From IMG/VR virus record IMGVR_UViG_3300022930_000019, positions 1-37,507 of that record: DNA of 37,507 nucleotides; one strand, given 5' to 3'. Positions 26,938 to 35,997 of the stretch are shown piece by piece; the stretch's first letter is position 1; the number at the start of each line of letters is the position of its first letter. A program made the position numbers and the translations under genes. This stretch comes from a virus (Duplodnaviria > Caudoviricetes). The notes below the pieces were generated by a model that was given only the letters and a program-made list of their open reading frames with translations, made no database searches and was not told where the DNA came from.

Positions 26938-28512
26938 GTGCAGATTGTACCGTCATGGTTTAACGACGTAGCAAACGGAAATATTCGCCCGATTTCATAC
27001 GGGGCTTATATTTCTTTTACTAAAGAATACGACGACGACATTACGTTCTTTACGCTCAACGTATCTCAGCTGAATGGAACCGATATTCTAGGAACCTCGA
27101 TAGACAATCCACTGCAAGCTTGGGACTTCTACGAGTATGCTGACTTTTCAGAAAGAATTATCTATCAATCTGTTCAAAGGGAGCTAGACTTTCCATACTC
27201 AGTCGTGAGTGCGATCGCAGACTTCTCTTTAAACAACTACGATAACTACTTTACCCCAAACTCATCGTCACCAATTGAACAGTATATTCGTCCAAAACGA
27301 CCCGTAAGGTTGCTACAAGGATTTTCTACTACTTTATTGCCACAGTTTGTTGGTCTTACACAGGGAATGCCAGAGATATCACGAGAAGACGGCACCGCTA
27401 CGTTTACAGCTATGGACTTCTTGACACAGATCTATTCGATGCCTATTAGAAATACTGCAGCGATGCAAAACGTAAGAACAGATGAGGTATTAGCGGCCAT
27501 ATTCACACAATTCGGTTTGGCTCCAAGTCAATATAGCCTGGGTAGAGGGCGTAACGTCATTCGATTCTTATTCTTCGAGAAAGATCAACAGACTGCCGGT
27601 GATGTGATTCGACCTATGATGCAAGCAGAAGGTGGTTTGCTGTGGCTTAGTGAGGATGGGATTATTATATTCAAGTCCCGGCTTGAGCTTCCAACATCAT
27701 CAAGCTATACATTTGATAGCGACAGTATTATTTCAATAGATACGTCCGGTGATGATCAAATCATCAACCACATTATTATCAATGCAGATGTACGCGAAGT
27801 CCAAGAGTATCAGACAGTTTACTCGAAGAAGACTACAGATAATAGCTTAAACGTCATTCCAGCCGGAGGATCGAATGTTTTTGCAGCAGACTTGCAAGAC
27901 CCTCTCCTTACTGTGGAACAGCCTATATACGGTGTAAATGCGGATGTTTCGTGGTTCACAGCCGCGAAATCTGATGGTACACCTGTATTATCAGGTGTGT
28001 CTATCAGTTCAGTTGAGTTAAAAACTAACACCTACGAAATGACAATTCAGAACACAAATGACTTTGACGTGAACATCGACCAGATGAGTATTTGGGCGCA
28101 ACCCGCTAAACGCATCTCTGTTGAACCTATCATCTACGAGAATAAAGACCAAGACTCTATTGATAAGTATGAAACACAGGGTGGGGGTAGCAACTCACCA
28201 ATGGAAATAACAAACAATTTCATTCAAGACATAGATACAGCCAGATCTCTTGCCCTCACTATCCTTGATGAGTACTCGGAGTATGCGGACATTATAGAGT
28301 TTGAAGCAAAGGGCAACCCTGCCATTCAGTTAGGTGATATAAATACCGTAGATTACACCAATTACAGCGGCGAATATAGGCTAATAGGCGTAGTAAATAA
28401 GCTACAGGAATCAAAGTATACACAAGTGATCAAAGCTAGGGGCTATAATCCTCGACAATGGTTCACATTGGACGTATCTCAACTTAACGGCACCGATCAA
28501 CTTGCACCATAG
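26938..28512 (+). CDS. baseplate hub / minor tail protein
   Basis: Position; GNPAIQLGD C-terminal motif. Confidence 0.7.
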   Translation: MQIVPSWFNDVANGNIRPISYGAYISFTKEYDDDITFFTLNVSQLNGTDILGTSIDNPLQAWDFYEYADFSERIIYQSVQRELDFPYSVVSAIADFSLNNYDNYFTPNSSSPIEQYIRPKRPVRLLQGFSTTLLPQFVGLTQGMPEISREDGTATFTAMDFLTQIYSMPIRNTAAMQNVRTDEVLAAIFTQFGLAPSQYSLGRGRNVIRFLFFEKDQQTAGDVIRPMMQAEGGLLWLSEDGIIIFKSRLELPTSSSYTFDSDSIISIDTSGDDQIINHIIINADVREVQEYQTVYSKKTTDNSLNVIPAGGSNVFAADLQDPLLTVEQPIYGVNADVSWFTAAKSDGTPVLSGVSISSVELKTNTYEMTIQNTNDFDVNIDQMSIWAQPAKRISVEPIIYENKDQDSIDKYETQGGGSNSPMEITNNFIQDIDTARSLALTILDEYSEYADIIEFEAKGNPAIQLGDINTVDYTNYSGEYRLIGVVNKLQESKYTQVIKARGYNPRQWFTLDVSQLNGTDQLAP

Positions 28513-28521
28513 GGAGAAAAT

Positions 28522-28845
28522 ATGAACTTAATTGAAACTATAAAGACACCAGGAAAGAATATCACCTCAAGCCTTAACGGGCGTATTCAGCTTGACGAAG
28601 CACAGGCTAGGCTTGTGATCTCTCAGGAGAACGGGGTAGAAAGGGTGGTACATAATATCGACGGTTCGTTCTATAACGATGAACAGGGCAATAATATGAC
28701 ACTCGTTGATACAAGAGGTATTAACACTATAGACCCCGACACTGGCATGTATCGCGGTAGGTGGGGTATCGCAACCGTAGACGATAGACCATTCGGAGGA
28801 TTCTCTAAAGATGGCAGTGACATTAGACAATTACTCGGTGAGTAA
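28522..28845 (+). CDS. minor tail protein
   Basis: Beta-repeat character; position. Confidence 0.5.
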   Translation: MNLIETIKTPGKNITSSLNGRIQLDEAQARLVISQENGVERVVHNIDGSFYNDEQGNNMTLVDTRGINTIDPDTGMYRGRWGIATVDDRPFGGFSKDGSDIRQLLGE

Positions 28846-28867
28846 CCAAGGTTGTTAAAATAAGAGT

Positions 28868-29230
28868 ATGAATAAGGTATCTCAAGAAAAACACGTCACG
28901 CTTAACCGACCTGCTCTGTGGAAGGCTGTACCTAGTGCTGAGATCGGCTCTCGTAAGTACACAGCTAATCGGAGCTATCTAGACGGTAATGTGATAAAAA
29001 TTGCAGATACAGATGCACCCATTACGGCGTATTACAAGACGTTCACAAAGGGAAAGAATGATTTCTCACTGTTCGTCTACAGCGATGAAGAAGACATTAA
29101 GAAGATATCAGAATTTTTCGATAAAATCGTAAAGAACACAAAAATTGAAGATATTGCTAAAGCACTTGTTTCTGCGAGTTCTGATGGATTTACATATCTA
29201 GATACTTACTATAAAGGAGACAAAAAGTAA
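28868..29230 (+). CDS. hypothetical protein (probably leaderless)
   Basis: TG-T-TAAAAT 6 nt before ATG. Confidence 0.6.
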   Translation: MNKVSQEKHVTLNRPALWKAVPSAEIGSRKYTANRSYLDGNVIKIADTDAPITAYYKTFTKGKNDFSLFVYSDEEDIKKISEFFDKIVKNTKIEDIAKALVSASSDGFTYLDTYYKGDKK

Positions 29231-29802
29231 TGGCCTTACCTAACCCATCAATGGCTTTCATTCCATTCGCGATTCTTACAGCTGATGAAATGAATGATCT
29301 TGTAGAGAATGACCAGGCACTTGCCGCTGGAACTGGATTTAACACGGGGGCTATCCCCACTTCCGCGCTCGCTAACGGTTCTGTAACACCTGGTAAGTTA
29401 GATCTTGATCCTCTAGCTGGGTACGTTGCAACAAATGAGTCAACTGTTTCAACAACATACGCAGCTCTTACTACAGTCGGACCGGCTGTAACCGTAGTAA
29501 TTGGCGCAAATGGCCTCGCATTAGTATCTCTATACGGCAAGTTTGCACAGACATCCAACCAAGGAACTGCAGCGATGGGATTCTCCGTCAGCGGTGCTTC
29601 AACTCAGGCAGCGGCCGATAACTATTCCCTCATGTTCACACGTGCTACAGGAGACGACGCGGACAACCAGCGTATCGGTGCAACTTTCCTACTAACAGGG
29701 CTTACACCAGGCTCTACGACGTTCACATGTCTATACAAACGTTTAACAGCAACGGGTACTTCGTTCTTCGCTGACAGGCGAATAGCAGTCGTACCGCTTT
29801 AA
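29230..29802 (+). CDS. tail fibre/receptor-binding-like protein
   Basis: ILTADEMN, LANGSVTPGKL, TGLTPGSTTF. Confidence 0.6.
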   Translation: MALPNPSMAFIPFAILTADEMNDLVENDQALAAGTGFNTGAIPTSALANGSVTPGKLDLDPLAGYVATNESTVSTTYAALTTVGPAVTVVIGANGLALVSLYGKFAQTSNQGTAAMGFSVSGASTQAAADNYSLMFTRATGDDADNQRIGATFLLTGLTPGSTTFTCLYKRLTATGTSFFADRRIAVVPL

Positions 29803-29829
29803 GATTAATTTAATATAGGGAATATAGTT

Positions 29830-30216
29830 ATGGCAGCAGAGATGACAGGACAGTTCAGCTTAACTTATACAGACACCGAATACGAAATTAGTCTTGGTGA
29901 TAGGTACGATATTTTTGATTTCGAATGTGGCGGCGAATTAGATGATGATGATCCTGATCTTTGGTTCTCTATTGGTCACGTAAACGACAACTCGGGTGAC
30001 CCTTACCAGAGAACTAGAACAGAGGCTTCGAATGGCAGCAACCACACTCAAGGCTGGATGACAGACCGTTGTATCCGTCTAAAACGATGGAATGGATCGT
30101 ATTTTGAAACCTTACTCGAAGCTTCTTATGTAGAGAATACTGCTACTAGCATTATCCTGAACGTCTCAGTAGCAAACGCTGATTATCCAGTATGGTTTAG
30201 CGCAAGGAAGGCATGA
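29830..30216 (+). CDS. hypothetical, possibly structural protein
   Basis: 128-aa acidic beta-rich ORF. Confidence 0.6.
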   Translation: MAAEMTGQFSLTYTDTEYEISLGDRYDIFDFECGGELDDDDPDLWFSIGHVNDNSGDPYQRTRTEASNGSNHTQGWMTDRCIRLKRWNGSYFETLLEASYVENTATSIILNVSVANADYPVWFSARKA

Positions 30217-30725
30217 TGAAAAAAATCTGGCAAATTTTATTCCTCTTCACTTGGCTAGTAGTAATCGCACTACTTGTTTGGCTGGCAATCGCCCTCGTTA
30301 ACAAAGGCGATGTTATACAACAACAAGTGATTAATCAGTACACAACTAAGGGCAACGGATTTAGTGCCTACGATATAGCAAAGAAGAATGGCTTTGTCGG
30401 GAATGAACCTGAATGGATTGCTTCCCTTCAAGGTAAGGACTCAGTATCGAATAATACAATTATCCAAAAAGAGGTAACTGTAGTTGAACAAGTACCGATT
30501 AAGGGTGATAACGGACAGGGTGCATATGCATTGTGGCTAAAACTAGGAAATAAAGGTACTGAGAACGATTTCTTACTGAGCCTAAAAGGTAAAGATGCCA
30601 AACCTGTTCTCCAACAGATTCGATTTAATGCCGACCTCAATCTATTTCAGACAAAACTACCCTCAGATACAGTATGGGGCATTATCCCTATATGTGGGGC
30701 TATGTCAGGGAAGGTCTGTAACTAA
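30213..30725 (+). CDS. TM-anchored protein with SAYxxA-type repeats
   Basis: N-terminal TM; SAYDIAKKNGFVGNEPEWIASLQG and GAYALWLKLGNKGTENDFLLSLKG. Confidence 0.65.
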   Translation: MMKKIWQILFLFTWLVVIALLVWLAIALVNKGDVIQQQVINQYTTKGNGFSAYDIAKKNGFVGNEPEWIASLQGKDSVSNNTIIQKEVTVVEQVPIKGDNGQGAYALWLKLGNKGTENDFLLSLKGKDAKPVLQQIRFNADLNLFQTKLPSDTVWGIIPICGAMSGKVCN

Positions 30726-30973
30726 TGGATGCGTTTCTTGAAGCCCTACTCGGTGATACCCCTATAGAGAGAATCATCATTGGTCTTTTGATATTGGGTT
30801 TTATTGCTGTGTCTAGGCTTTTACTTGCTGAAAAAGATAAAAGAATTACAGACGCAGGAAAGACATTCGATAACATTGCAACTCCTATGAAACAAATACA
30901 AGAAAGTATATCTCGTATGGAAGGTAAGATCGTAATATCTAAGAGGGCTGAACAAAATGAAGCTTCTGAGTAG
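30725..30973 (+). CDS. holin-like single-TM + coiled-coil protein
   Basis: IIIGLLILGFIAV then coiled coil; lysis region. Confidence 0.5.
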   Translation: MDAFLEALLGDTPIERIIIGLLILGFIAVSRLLLAEKDKRITDAGKTFDNIATPMKQIQESISRMEGKIVISKRAEQNEASE

Positions 30974-31166
30974 AATTATGGAGGACTTAAAGCGACTTCT
31001 CATCCCGCATTATACTGACAAGAAAGTGGCTGCCATTCATAAGGAAACTGAGGCTATGCTCGCTCAGGCTGCTATTGTGTCTGAGCGTTACAACAAATTA
31101 TTAAAAAAGAATGGTGTAACTATGAGGATTGCCATTGTTACGGGTCATGCGGAGGGTAAAAGCTAA
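30957..31166 (+). CDS. hypothetical protein
   Basis: Coupled ORF. Confidence 0.55.
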   Translation: MKLLSRIMEDLKRLLIPHYTDKKVAAIHKETEAMLAQAAIVSERYNKLLKKNGVTMRIAIVTGHAEGKS

Positions 31167-31522
31167 TGTTTTCAGAGGTAAATCTTTGGGTTATATATGG
31201 GTTACTGGCTCGAATAGCATCTATTATTATCCTCACAGCCTGGGTGATACCTGTTCAGTGGCGCGAACTTAAGAGGCAGTATGAACGCAGTAAAAACGGT
31301 GGAAACGATAAATACTGGCGATTGGCTTTTGAACTATTATTTATTACTGTCGTTACTGTCACATGTGCGATCGTTCCGATTACCTACCAAGGCACACGTA
31401 TTGAATCTAACAGTGACCTCACTTTGCAAAACATGTCTGCTTTCTTTACTAACACTATAATACTCAGTCAAGCTATTGGTTGGGTTCGTATTTATAGAAG
31501 TAAGTATGACGATCGGGCTTAA
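31166..31522 (+). CDS. three-TM membrane protein
   Basis: Three hydrophobic segments; directly before the endolysin. Confidence 0.6.
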   Translation: MFSEVNLWVIYGLLARIASIIILTAWVIPVQWRELKRQYERSKNGGNDKYWRLAFELLFITVVTVTCAIVPITYQGTRIESNSDLTLQNMSAFFTNTIILSQAIGWVRIYRSKYDDRA

Positions 31523-31552
31523 TGTACTAAGATTGATAACAAGGAGGTTTCT

Positions 31553-32338
31553 ATGAAAACCTATGTCCAAGTATTTACTCCGAATCCATACATTCCTTAT
31601 GTGGGCGGTTTATGCGAGGGATATGTTGAGGGAACTGCTGGACAGGCGACGATTCCTACACCAGAAGACAAAATGACGTATGGGATATATCCTAGTGCGT
31701 CTGCGGCATGGAAAGCAAATAATGGCAATCATCCTAACGAACTACCGCCAAAAGGTTTTTCAGTTCCAGCATATTTCTCATTAGGGAGTACGGAGGATGG
31801 TCACACTGCACTTGTTCTCACAGATGGGCGCGTTGCATCTTCAAGTCTCGAAGGATTTCACACAGCACCATTTATTTACCCTAATCTTAATGCTCTCATT
31901 GCAGATTATGCGAAGTATAATAATGGGTGTACGTACCTTGGTTGGAGCGAATATATTGGTAAACAACAAGTAGTTAGGAGTAATATGATTACGGATGCAA
32001 CAAAGGTGTATTACCTGAGAAAAGGTATTTATGCCGAAGACAAACCAGTTTCAGATACAGACCCTGATGTGGGGAAGGATTATGCAGCCGTCGCTGAGTC
32101 ATACCTTGACTACGCAAACAAAAATGGCTTCTCTTACTGGCAGTACAAGGCAAAGTCTGACAAACAAGTGGCCGAACTAAACCAGGAAGTCGAGGAATTA
32201 AAGAATAAGCCACCGCAGACGATCATAAAGGAGGTTGTCGTAGAAAAGGTAGTCATTAAAGAGGTCAACGTAGCAGATAAGTACCGTACATTTTGGGATC
32301 TCATCAAAGCAGCATTTAATAAGTTAGGGGAGAAATAA
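31553..32338 (+). CDS. endolysin, CHAP/NlpC-like cysteine peptidase
   Basis: GLCEGYV (Cys), SASAAW, DGHTALV (His), YLGWSE; RBS AGGAGG. Confidence 0.7.
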   Translation: MKTYVQVFTPNPYIPYVGGLCEGYVEGTAGQATIPTPEDKMTYGIYPSASAAWKANNGNHPNELPPKGFSVPAYFSLGSTEDGHTALVLTDGRVASSSLEGFHTAPFIYPNLNALIADYAKYNNGCTYLGWSEYIGKQQVVRSNMITDATKVYYLRKGIYAEDKPVSDTDPDVGKDYAAVAESYLDYANKNGFSYWQYKAKSDKQVAELNQEVEELKNKPPQTIIKEVVVEKVVIKEVNVADKYRTFWDLIKAAFNKLGEK

Positions 32339-32631
32339 TGGAAGTTTTCGCAGCAGCAACAGCAATTTCAATCGTCGCAGTCACACTAGTAACACAGGCA
32401 TTAAAGTACATTCCTGTCGAATGGACTACAAAGTTCGCGGTCTATATTAACATTGCTTTAAGCCTCATTGCATCGGTTATTACATATTACACAAGCTTTA
32501 ATACGTTACCTACGTTCTCCGGTGATTGGGGTACATTCCTCGCACAGTGGCTTGTAGTAGTACTTGGTGCAGCACTTACGTATAAGTTGGTTGTAAAATC
32601 AGCGGTTACAAAACCCGAAGGCAATGTATAG
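32338..32631 (+). CDS. holin
   Basis: Three TMs, LVTQALK motif; after the endolysin. Confidence 0.65.
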   Translation: MEVFAAATAISIVAVTLVTQALKYIPVEWTTKFAVYINIALSLIASVITYYTSFNTLPTFSGDWGTFLAQWLVVVLGAALTYKLVVKSAVTKPEGNV

Positions 32632-32673
32632 CAACTAGTTTATAATACAAATGTGGCCTCGCAGCTTCACACA

Positions 32674-32698
32674 GAACCCACCCTCAAAGGTGGGTTTT
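32674..32698 (+). terminator. intrinsic terminator
   Basis: GAACCCACC/GGTGGGTTT. Confidence 0.7.
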
Positions 32699-32720
32699 CG
32701 TATTTGCTATAATGAAAGTA

Positions 32721-32867
32721 ATGGAACAGGATGAACGACGCGTTACCAATTCGGACATTGTAGAGCTATTATCCGATAGCGATGAAATACTGTGCATCGG
32801 AACTGTAGTTGATTCTGTCACTGCTCGCATACTTGGAAATAATGCCTTAAGGTTGGTTGAAGAATAA
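32721..32867 (+). CDS. 48-aa hypothetical protein (leaderless)
   Basis: TG-C-TATAAT 7 nt before ATG; MEQDERRVTN... Confidence 0.5.
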   Translation: MEQDERRVTNSDIVELLSDSDEILCIGTVVDSVTARILGNNALRLVEE

Positions 32868-33011
32868 TGCTCACCGAGAACAATCACCACTTGTTTTATG
32901 CAAGACGTGATATGCTCTCATACACCCTCAGTACAAGGTTAAGAAACCATGAAGAAAGTTACAGATGCCGTTTATTTTACTAGGTGTTGAAGCGTTGAAA
33001 AGAACTCACGT

Positions 33012-33209
33012 ATGAGTGAGCTTGTAGATTATATTTCTATGTCAAACGAACGTCTTAATGATAGGGGCAAAGAATTATCCTTGGCGATCAACGGTAATTA
33101 CTTATCGGGTGAACGTAAGGCACAAGTCCAGCACGAAATAAGCTGTGTTGCTCTAGAACTTTGGTGCCGCCACCGCGATGGAGAGTTTGAAATCTTAGAA
33201 CAGGTATAA
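33012..33209 (+). CDS. hypothetical protein
   Basis: 65-aa ORF. Confidence 0.55.
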   Translation: MSELVDYISMSNERLNDRGKELSLAINGNYLSGERKAQVQHEISCVALELWCRHRDGEFEILEQV

Positions 33210-33216
33210 TAAGAGG

Positions 33217-33879
33217 ATGAATCCTTCCGATGCACGTAAGACACTTATCAATACAGATTTTAGTATTGACCAAGTAATACTCCTAAAGAATCAGTCGATC
33301 AGTATAGGAGGCGGAATAGATGTTACTATACCCCACGGTCTACCGTTTATACCGCTTGTCTGGTTTCAGTGGTCTTTTACATCAGATTTCTCAATAGCAT
33401 ATGAGAATAACACAGGAAGGTTCCCGTCAGGAAACATCGGGTATTACTTTGATTTACAGATAGCTATAGAGGCGAATTCTACTAATATAGTCCTCAGAGG
33501 TAACGGGGTTCTGGGAGCAACCACTGTATATGTGAGAATATTTGCATTCCAACCTTCAACATATAATGTACCGATCGCACACACGAGTGCTTTTTCAGAT
33601 AATTTTACACTCAATACAGACTATAACTATATGAAACTCATTACAAAAAGTGTCACAGGTCTGATTGCTTCCGGTGCAACTTTAACAATTCCTCACAATT
33701 TAGGGATCTATCCACACACTTTAATGTGGTTAGAGACCACAACGGGTACAATTTACCCCTTGCAATCTTCTACACCAGGTCAGAGTATTAATGCAGAATT
33801 AACAACCGATAGTATTATAATAAGGAATAATGATTTTGTAAGTAGGTACATGCACTACAGATTGTATATTGACGAATAA
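33217..33879 (+). CDS. minor tail/receptor-binding-like protein with duplicated module
   Basis: TIPHGLPFIP / TIPHNLGIYP and NTD repeats; TATAAT 6 nt before ATG. Confidence 0.6.
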   Translation: MNPSDARKTLINTDFSIDQVILLKNQSISIGGGIDVTIPHGLPFIPLVWFQWSFTSDFSIAYENNTGRFPSGNIGYYFDLQIAIEANSTNIVLRGNGVLGATTVYVRIFAFQPSTYNVPIAHTSAFSDNFTLNTDYNYMKLITKSVTGLIASGATLTIPHNLGIYPHTLMWLETTTGTIYPLQSSTPGQSINAELTTDSIIIRNNDFVSRYMHYRLYIDE

Positions 33880-33881
33880 TT

Positions 33882-34298
33882 ATGAATAATCCTGATTCTT
33901 TTGTGCTTACAACAGACTACGCAACCTTAAAGAATAGTCAACAGCAGCTAACGGCGACTATTACGGTTCCTAGTGGACAAGTTATAGCGGGCTCGGCCTA
34001 CTATGCATCTTTTGTTGATGTTCCCATTACCGCATCCTTAGGTTTATCAGCAGGACATATTTCGTCATCAAAAAATTCAAACCGTTCTCTAGTTGGTAAC
34101 GCGGTAGATATGTACAGATCAGGCACCGAAAGTGGCTTTCCAGCGCCATATGATATATATGCATTCCTGTGGAGAGTGAGCCCTAATGTAGTAAGGTTTC
34201 AAGTTTTAATACAAAATCCTTATGTGGGAACTCTTACGGGTGAAAGCGGATCAGAAACGTTTACAGTGGTATTTAATACCTTTTTGCCGCCGTTCTAG
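33882..34298 (+). CDS. minor tail-like protein related to the upstream module
   Basis: FVLTTDYATLK resembles FTLNTDYNYMK. Confidence 0.55.
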   Translation: MNNPDSFVLTTDYATLKNSQQQLTATITVPSGQVIAGSAYYASFVDVPITASLGLSAGHISSSKNSNRSLVGNAVDMYRSGTESGFPAPYDIYAFLWRVSPNVVRFQVLIQNPYVGTLTGESGSETFTVVFNTFLPPF

Positions 34299-34819
34299 CT
34301 ATTGAAAGGCTTTGAACTATTCATCATAATTCTTTGCCAATCTTCTTCTGTTGTACGACCGTTACGGGTCATAATGTAGGCATAAGTTATACCTGAATTA
34401 CCGTCTTGGTTGTTAGCTGCAGCAAACCTTATGGAAGCTTCGTTTAAGTATTCAAATGAACTTTTACGCATCTCGTCAGTAAATTTGTGAGGAAAACTAT
34501 TAATAAGATAATTGATTGAGTCTCGGTAAGCACCATTCGCCCAACCATATTGTACGATCAGATCTTCATTGCTCTGTATTTGTGGTGCTTCTGACACGTT
34601 TACAGGCTCTACGACAGGCTTTTGTTCGATAGTAGGTTCAGTGACTGTGTTAACTACTTCTTGCTGTTCTATGGGCTTAGAAACGGTTACAGCTTCACTT
34701 GTCTGAGAGACAATAGGAGTCTCAATAGATTTTGGAGTAGCTGATACGAATGTAGCGGTGATAATACCTATTGATAGTGCGGTAAATACTGATGCGATGA
34801 TAACCTTTGTTTTATTCAT
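34295..34819 (-). CDS. membrane-anchored/secreted protein (leaderless)
   Basis: TG-G-TATAAT 7 nt before ATG 34819; N-terminal TM, Pro/Glu/Thr linker. Confidence 0.65.
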   Translation of the reverse strand: MNKTKVIIASVFTALSIGIITATFVSATPKSIETPIVSQTSEAVTVSKPIEQQEVVNTVTEPTIEQKPVVEPVNVSEAPQIQSNEDLIVQYGWANGAYRDSINYLINSFPHKFTDEMRKSSFEYLNEASIRFAAANNQDGNSGITYAYIMTRNGRTTEEDWQRIMMNSSKPFNS

Positions 34820-34841
34820 AAACTGCATTATACCATAGTGT

Positions 34842-35177
34842 TTAATAAAAATCAACAGAACGGACAGCTAATCCACTCTCTTGTAGATATTCTGAATATG
34901 TTTTACCGGAGTTAACATTCGCTCTGCTTTTATCATAAAGCTCCTCATGGGCTGGAACACAAAATGTCTTTAAACATTCAGCCCTACACCATAGGCAACG
35001 CCTAATTTTTCTTAGCGGTTGTGTTGGATCGTACTTTAAATCTTGAATGTCACGAACGTAGTGCTTTTCAGCTGCAGTCCTTATTCTAATTTCATTGACG
35101 TGTTTGCAACGTTTAGAACAGAAAGGCGTGTTTTTACCTGTCCTAATGTCATCGCTACATTCGATACATGTTTTCAT
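34842..35177 (-). CDS. double zinc-finger protein (leaderless), candidate regulator
   Basis: CIEC...FCSKRC; CLWC...FCVPAH; TATAAT 7 nt before ATG 35177. Confidence 0.6.
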   Translation of the reverse strand: MKTCIECSDDIRTGKNTPFCSKRCKHVNEIRIRTAAEKHYVRDIQDLKYDPTQPLRKIRRCLWCRAECLKTFCVPAHEELYDKSRANVNSGKTYSEYLQESGLAVRSVDFY

Positions 35178-35368
35178 AGGTTCCATTATAGCGCACTTAA
35201 AAAGCCCCTTTTCCGTCGTGTTAAACGCGGGGAGTTAATCATTCAAGCTATTCCCTGAAGTAAAAACAGCCTCTAATTTCTATATGTATAATCTATGTAA
35301 AGTAAGTGTATACATTGTACATAGCAACAGATATAAAAAGTCTTAATCAATCAAATCAATGAATCGTG

Positions 35369-35420
35369 TATTAAGGGTCTTCGTTATTCTATTAAGGACT
35401 AGTTAACTATTTATTAAAGG
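35369..35420 (+). repeat. iteron-like TATTAA(A)GG x3
   Basis: Copies at 35369, 35390, 35412 (21-22 nt period) beside an AT-rich tract. Confidence 0.45.
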
Positions 35421-35861
35421 TATGTAAGAGGACTCCTATTCTTTTGCATCATGACTTTGTACTAGCCCTAGCATCCTTATAACCCTAAACTCTGTTTCCC
35501 GTATAGCAATGTACAATCATACTTGTCGTCCGTTTTATTGGGTGGAATAGGTAGCCTTGGAAGTCCTCACAAATACCTTTAATAGTTATAGACAAATGGC
35601 AGGCTCACAAGCATTCAAATCTTCTGCAGAAGTCCGAAAAGGGGCTGACGCCCACTTATGAGCCATCAATCGTCTATAACATAGTTCCAAATTGTTAAGG
35701 TATCTATATTTATATTCTCTCATACTTCAGTACAAAAGCAGACTTATTACGATAGCCTAAAACGTTGACGTATTTACCGGCTGTTTTAAAGTTGCGCCGG
35801 AAGCTTACGAGGACTCCCCACAACTATTGCACAACGAATAAAAATAACCTATAATGAATGA

Positions 35862-35911
35862 GTCTAGTAATACTAAACACAAACACAAGGGGCGCTCAAA
35901 GCGTCCTTTTT
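35862..35911 (+). ncRNA. ~50-nt antisense RNA
   Basis: TTGCAC-17-TATAAT (35827-35855); terminator AAGGGGCGC/GCGTCCTTT followed by T. Confidence 0.6.
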
Positions 35912-35997
35912 AAATTGTTTTCTATTCTAACCTATGTATTATGTCTAGTAATACGAAGGTTGTACCTATCTTACTTTATTTTGCGTGCTTTTACAAC

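Larger units (their letters stand above)
35314..35961 (-). ncRNA. long ORF-free structured RNA / candidate origin region (3' end uncertain)
   Basis: Minus-strand promoter TTGTAA-17-TAAGAT (35996-35968); several long inverted repeats. Confidence 0.5.

Noticed and set aside
532-33273. Many minus-strand and nested track ORFs
   Set aside because: They shadow well-supported plus-strand genes, with no RBS or motifs
35586-35723. 45-aa minus-strand ORF as a type I toxin
   Set aside because: No RBS, not hydrophobic, and coincides with a long hairpin
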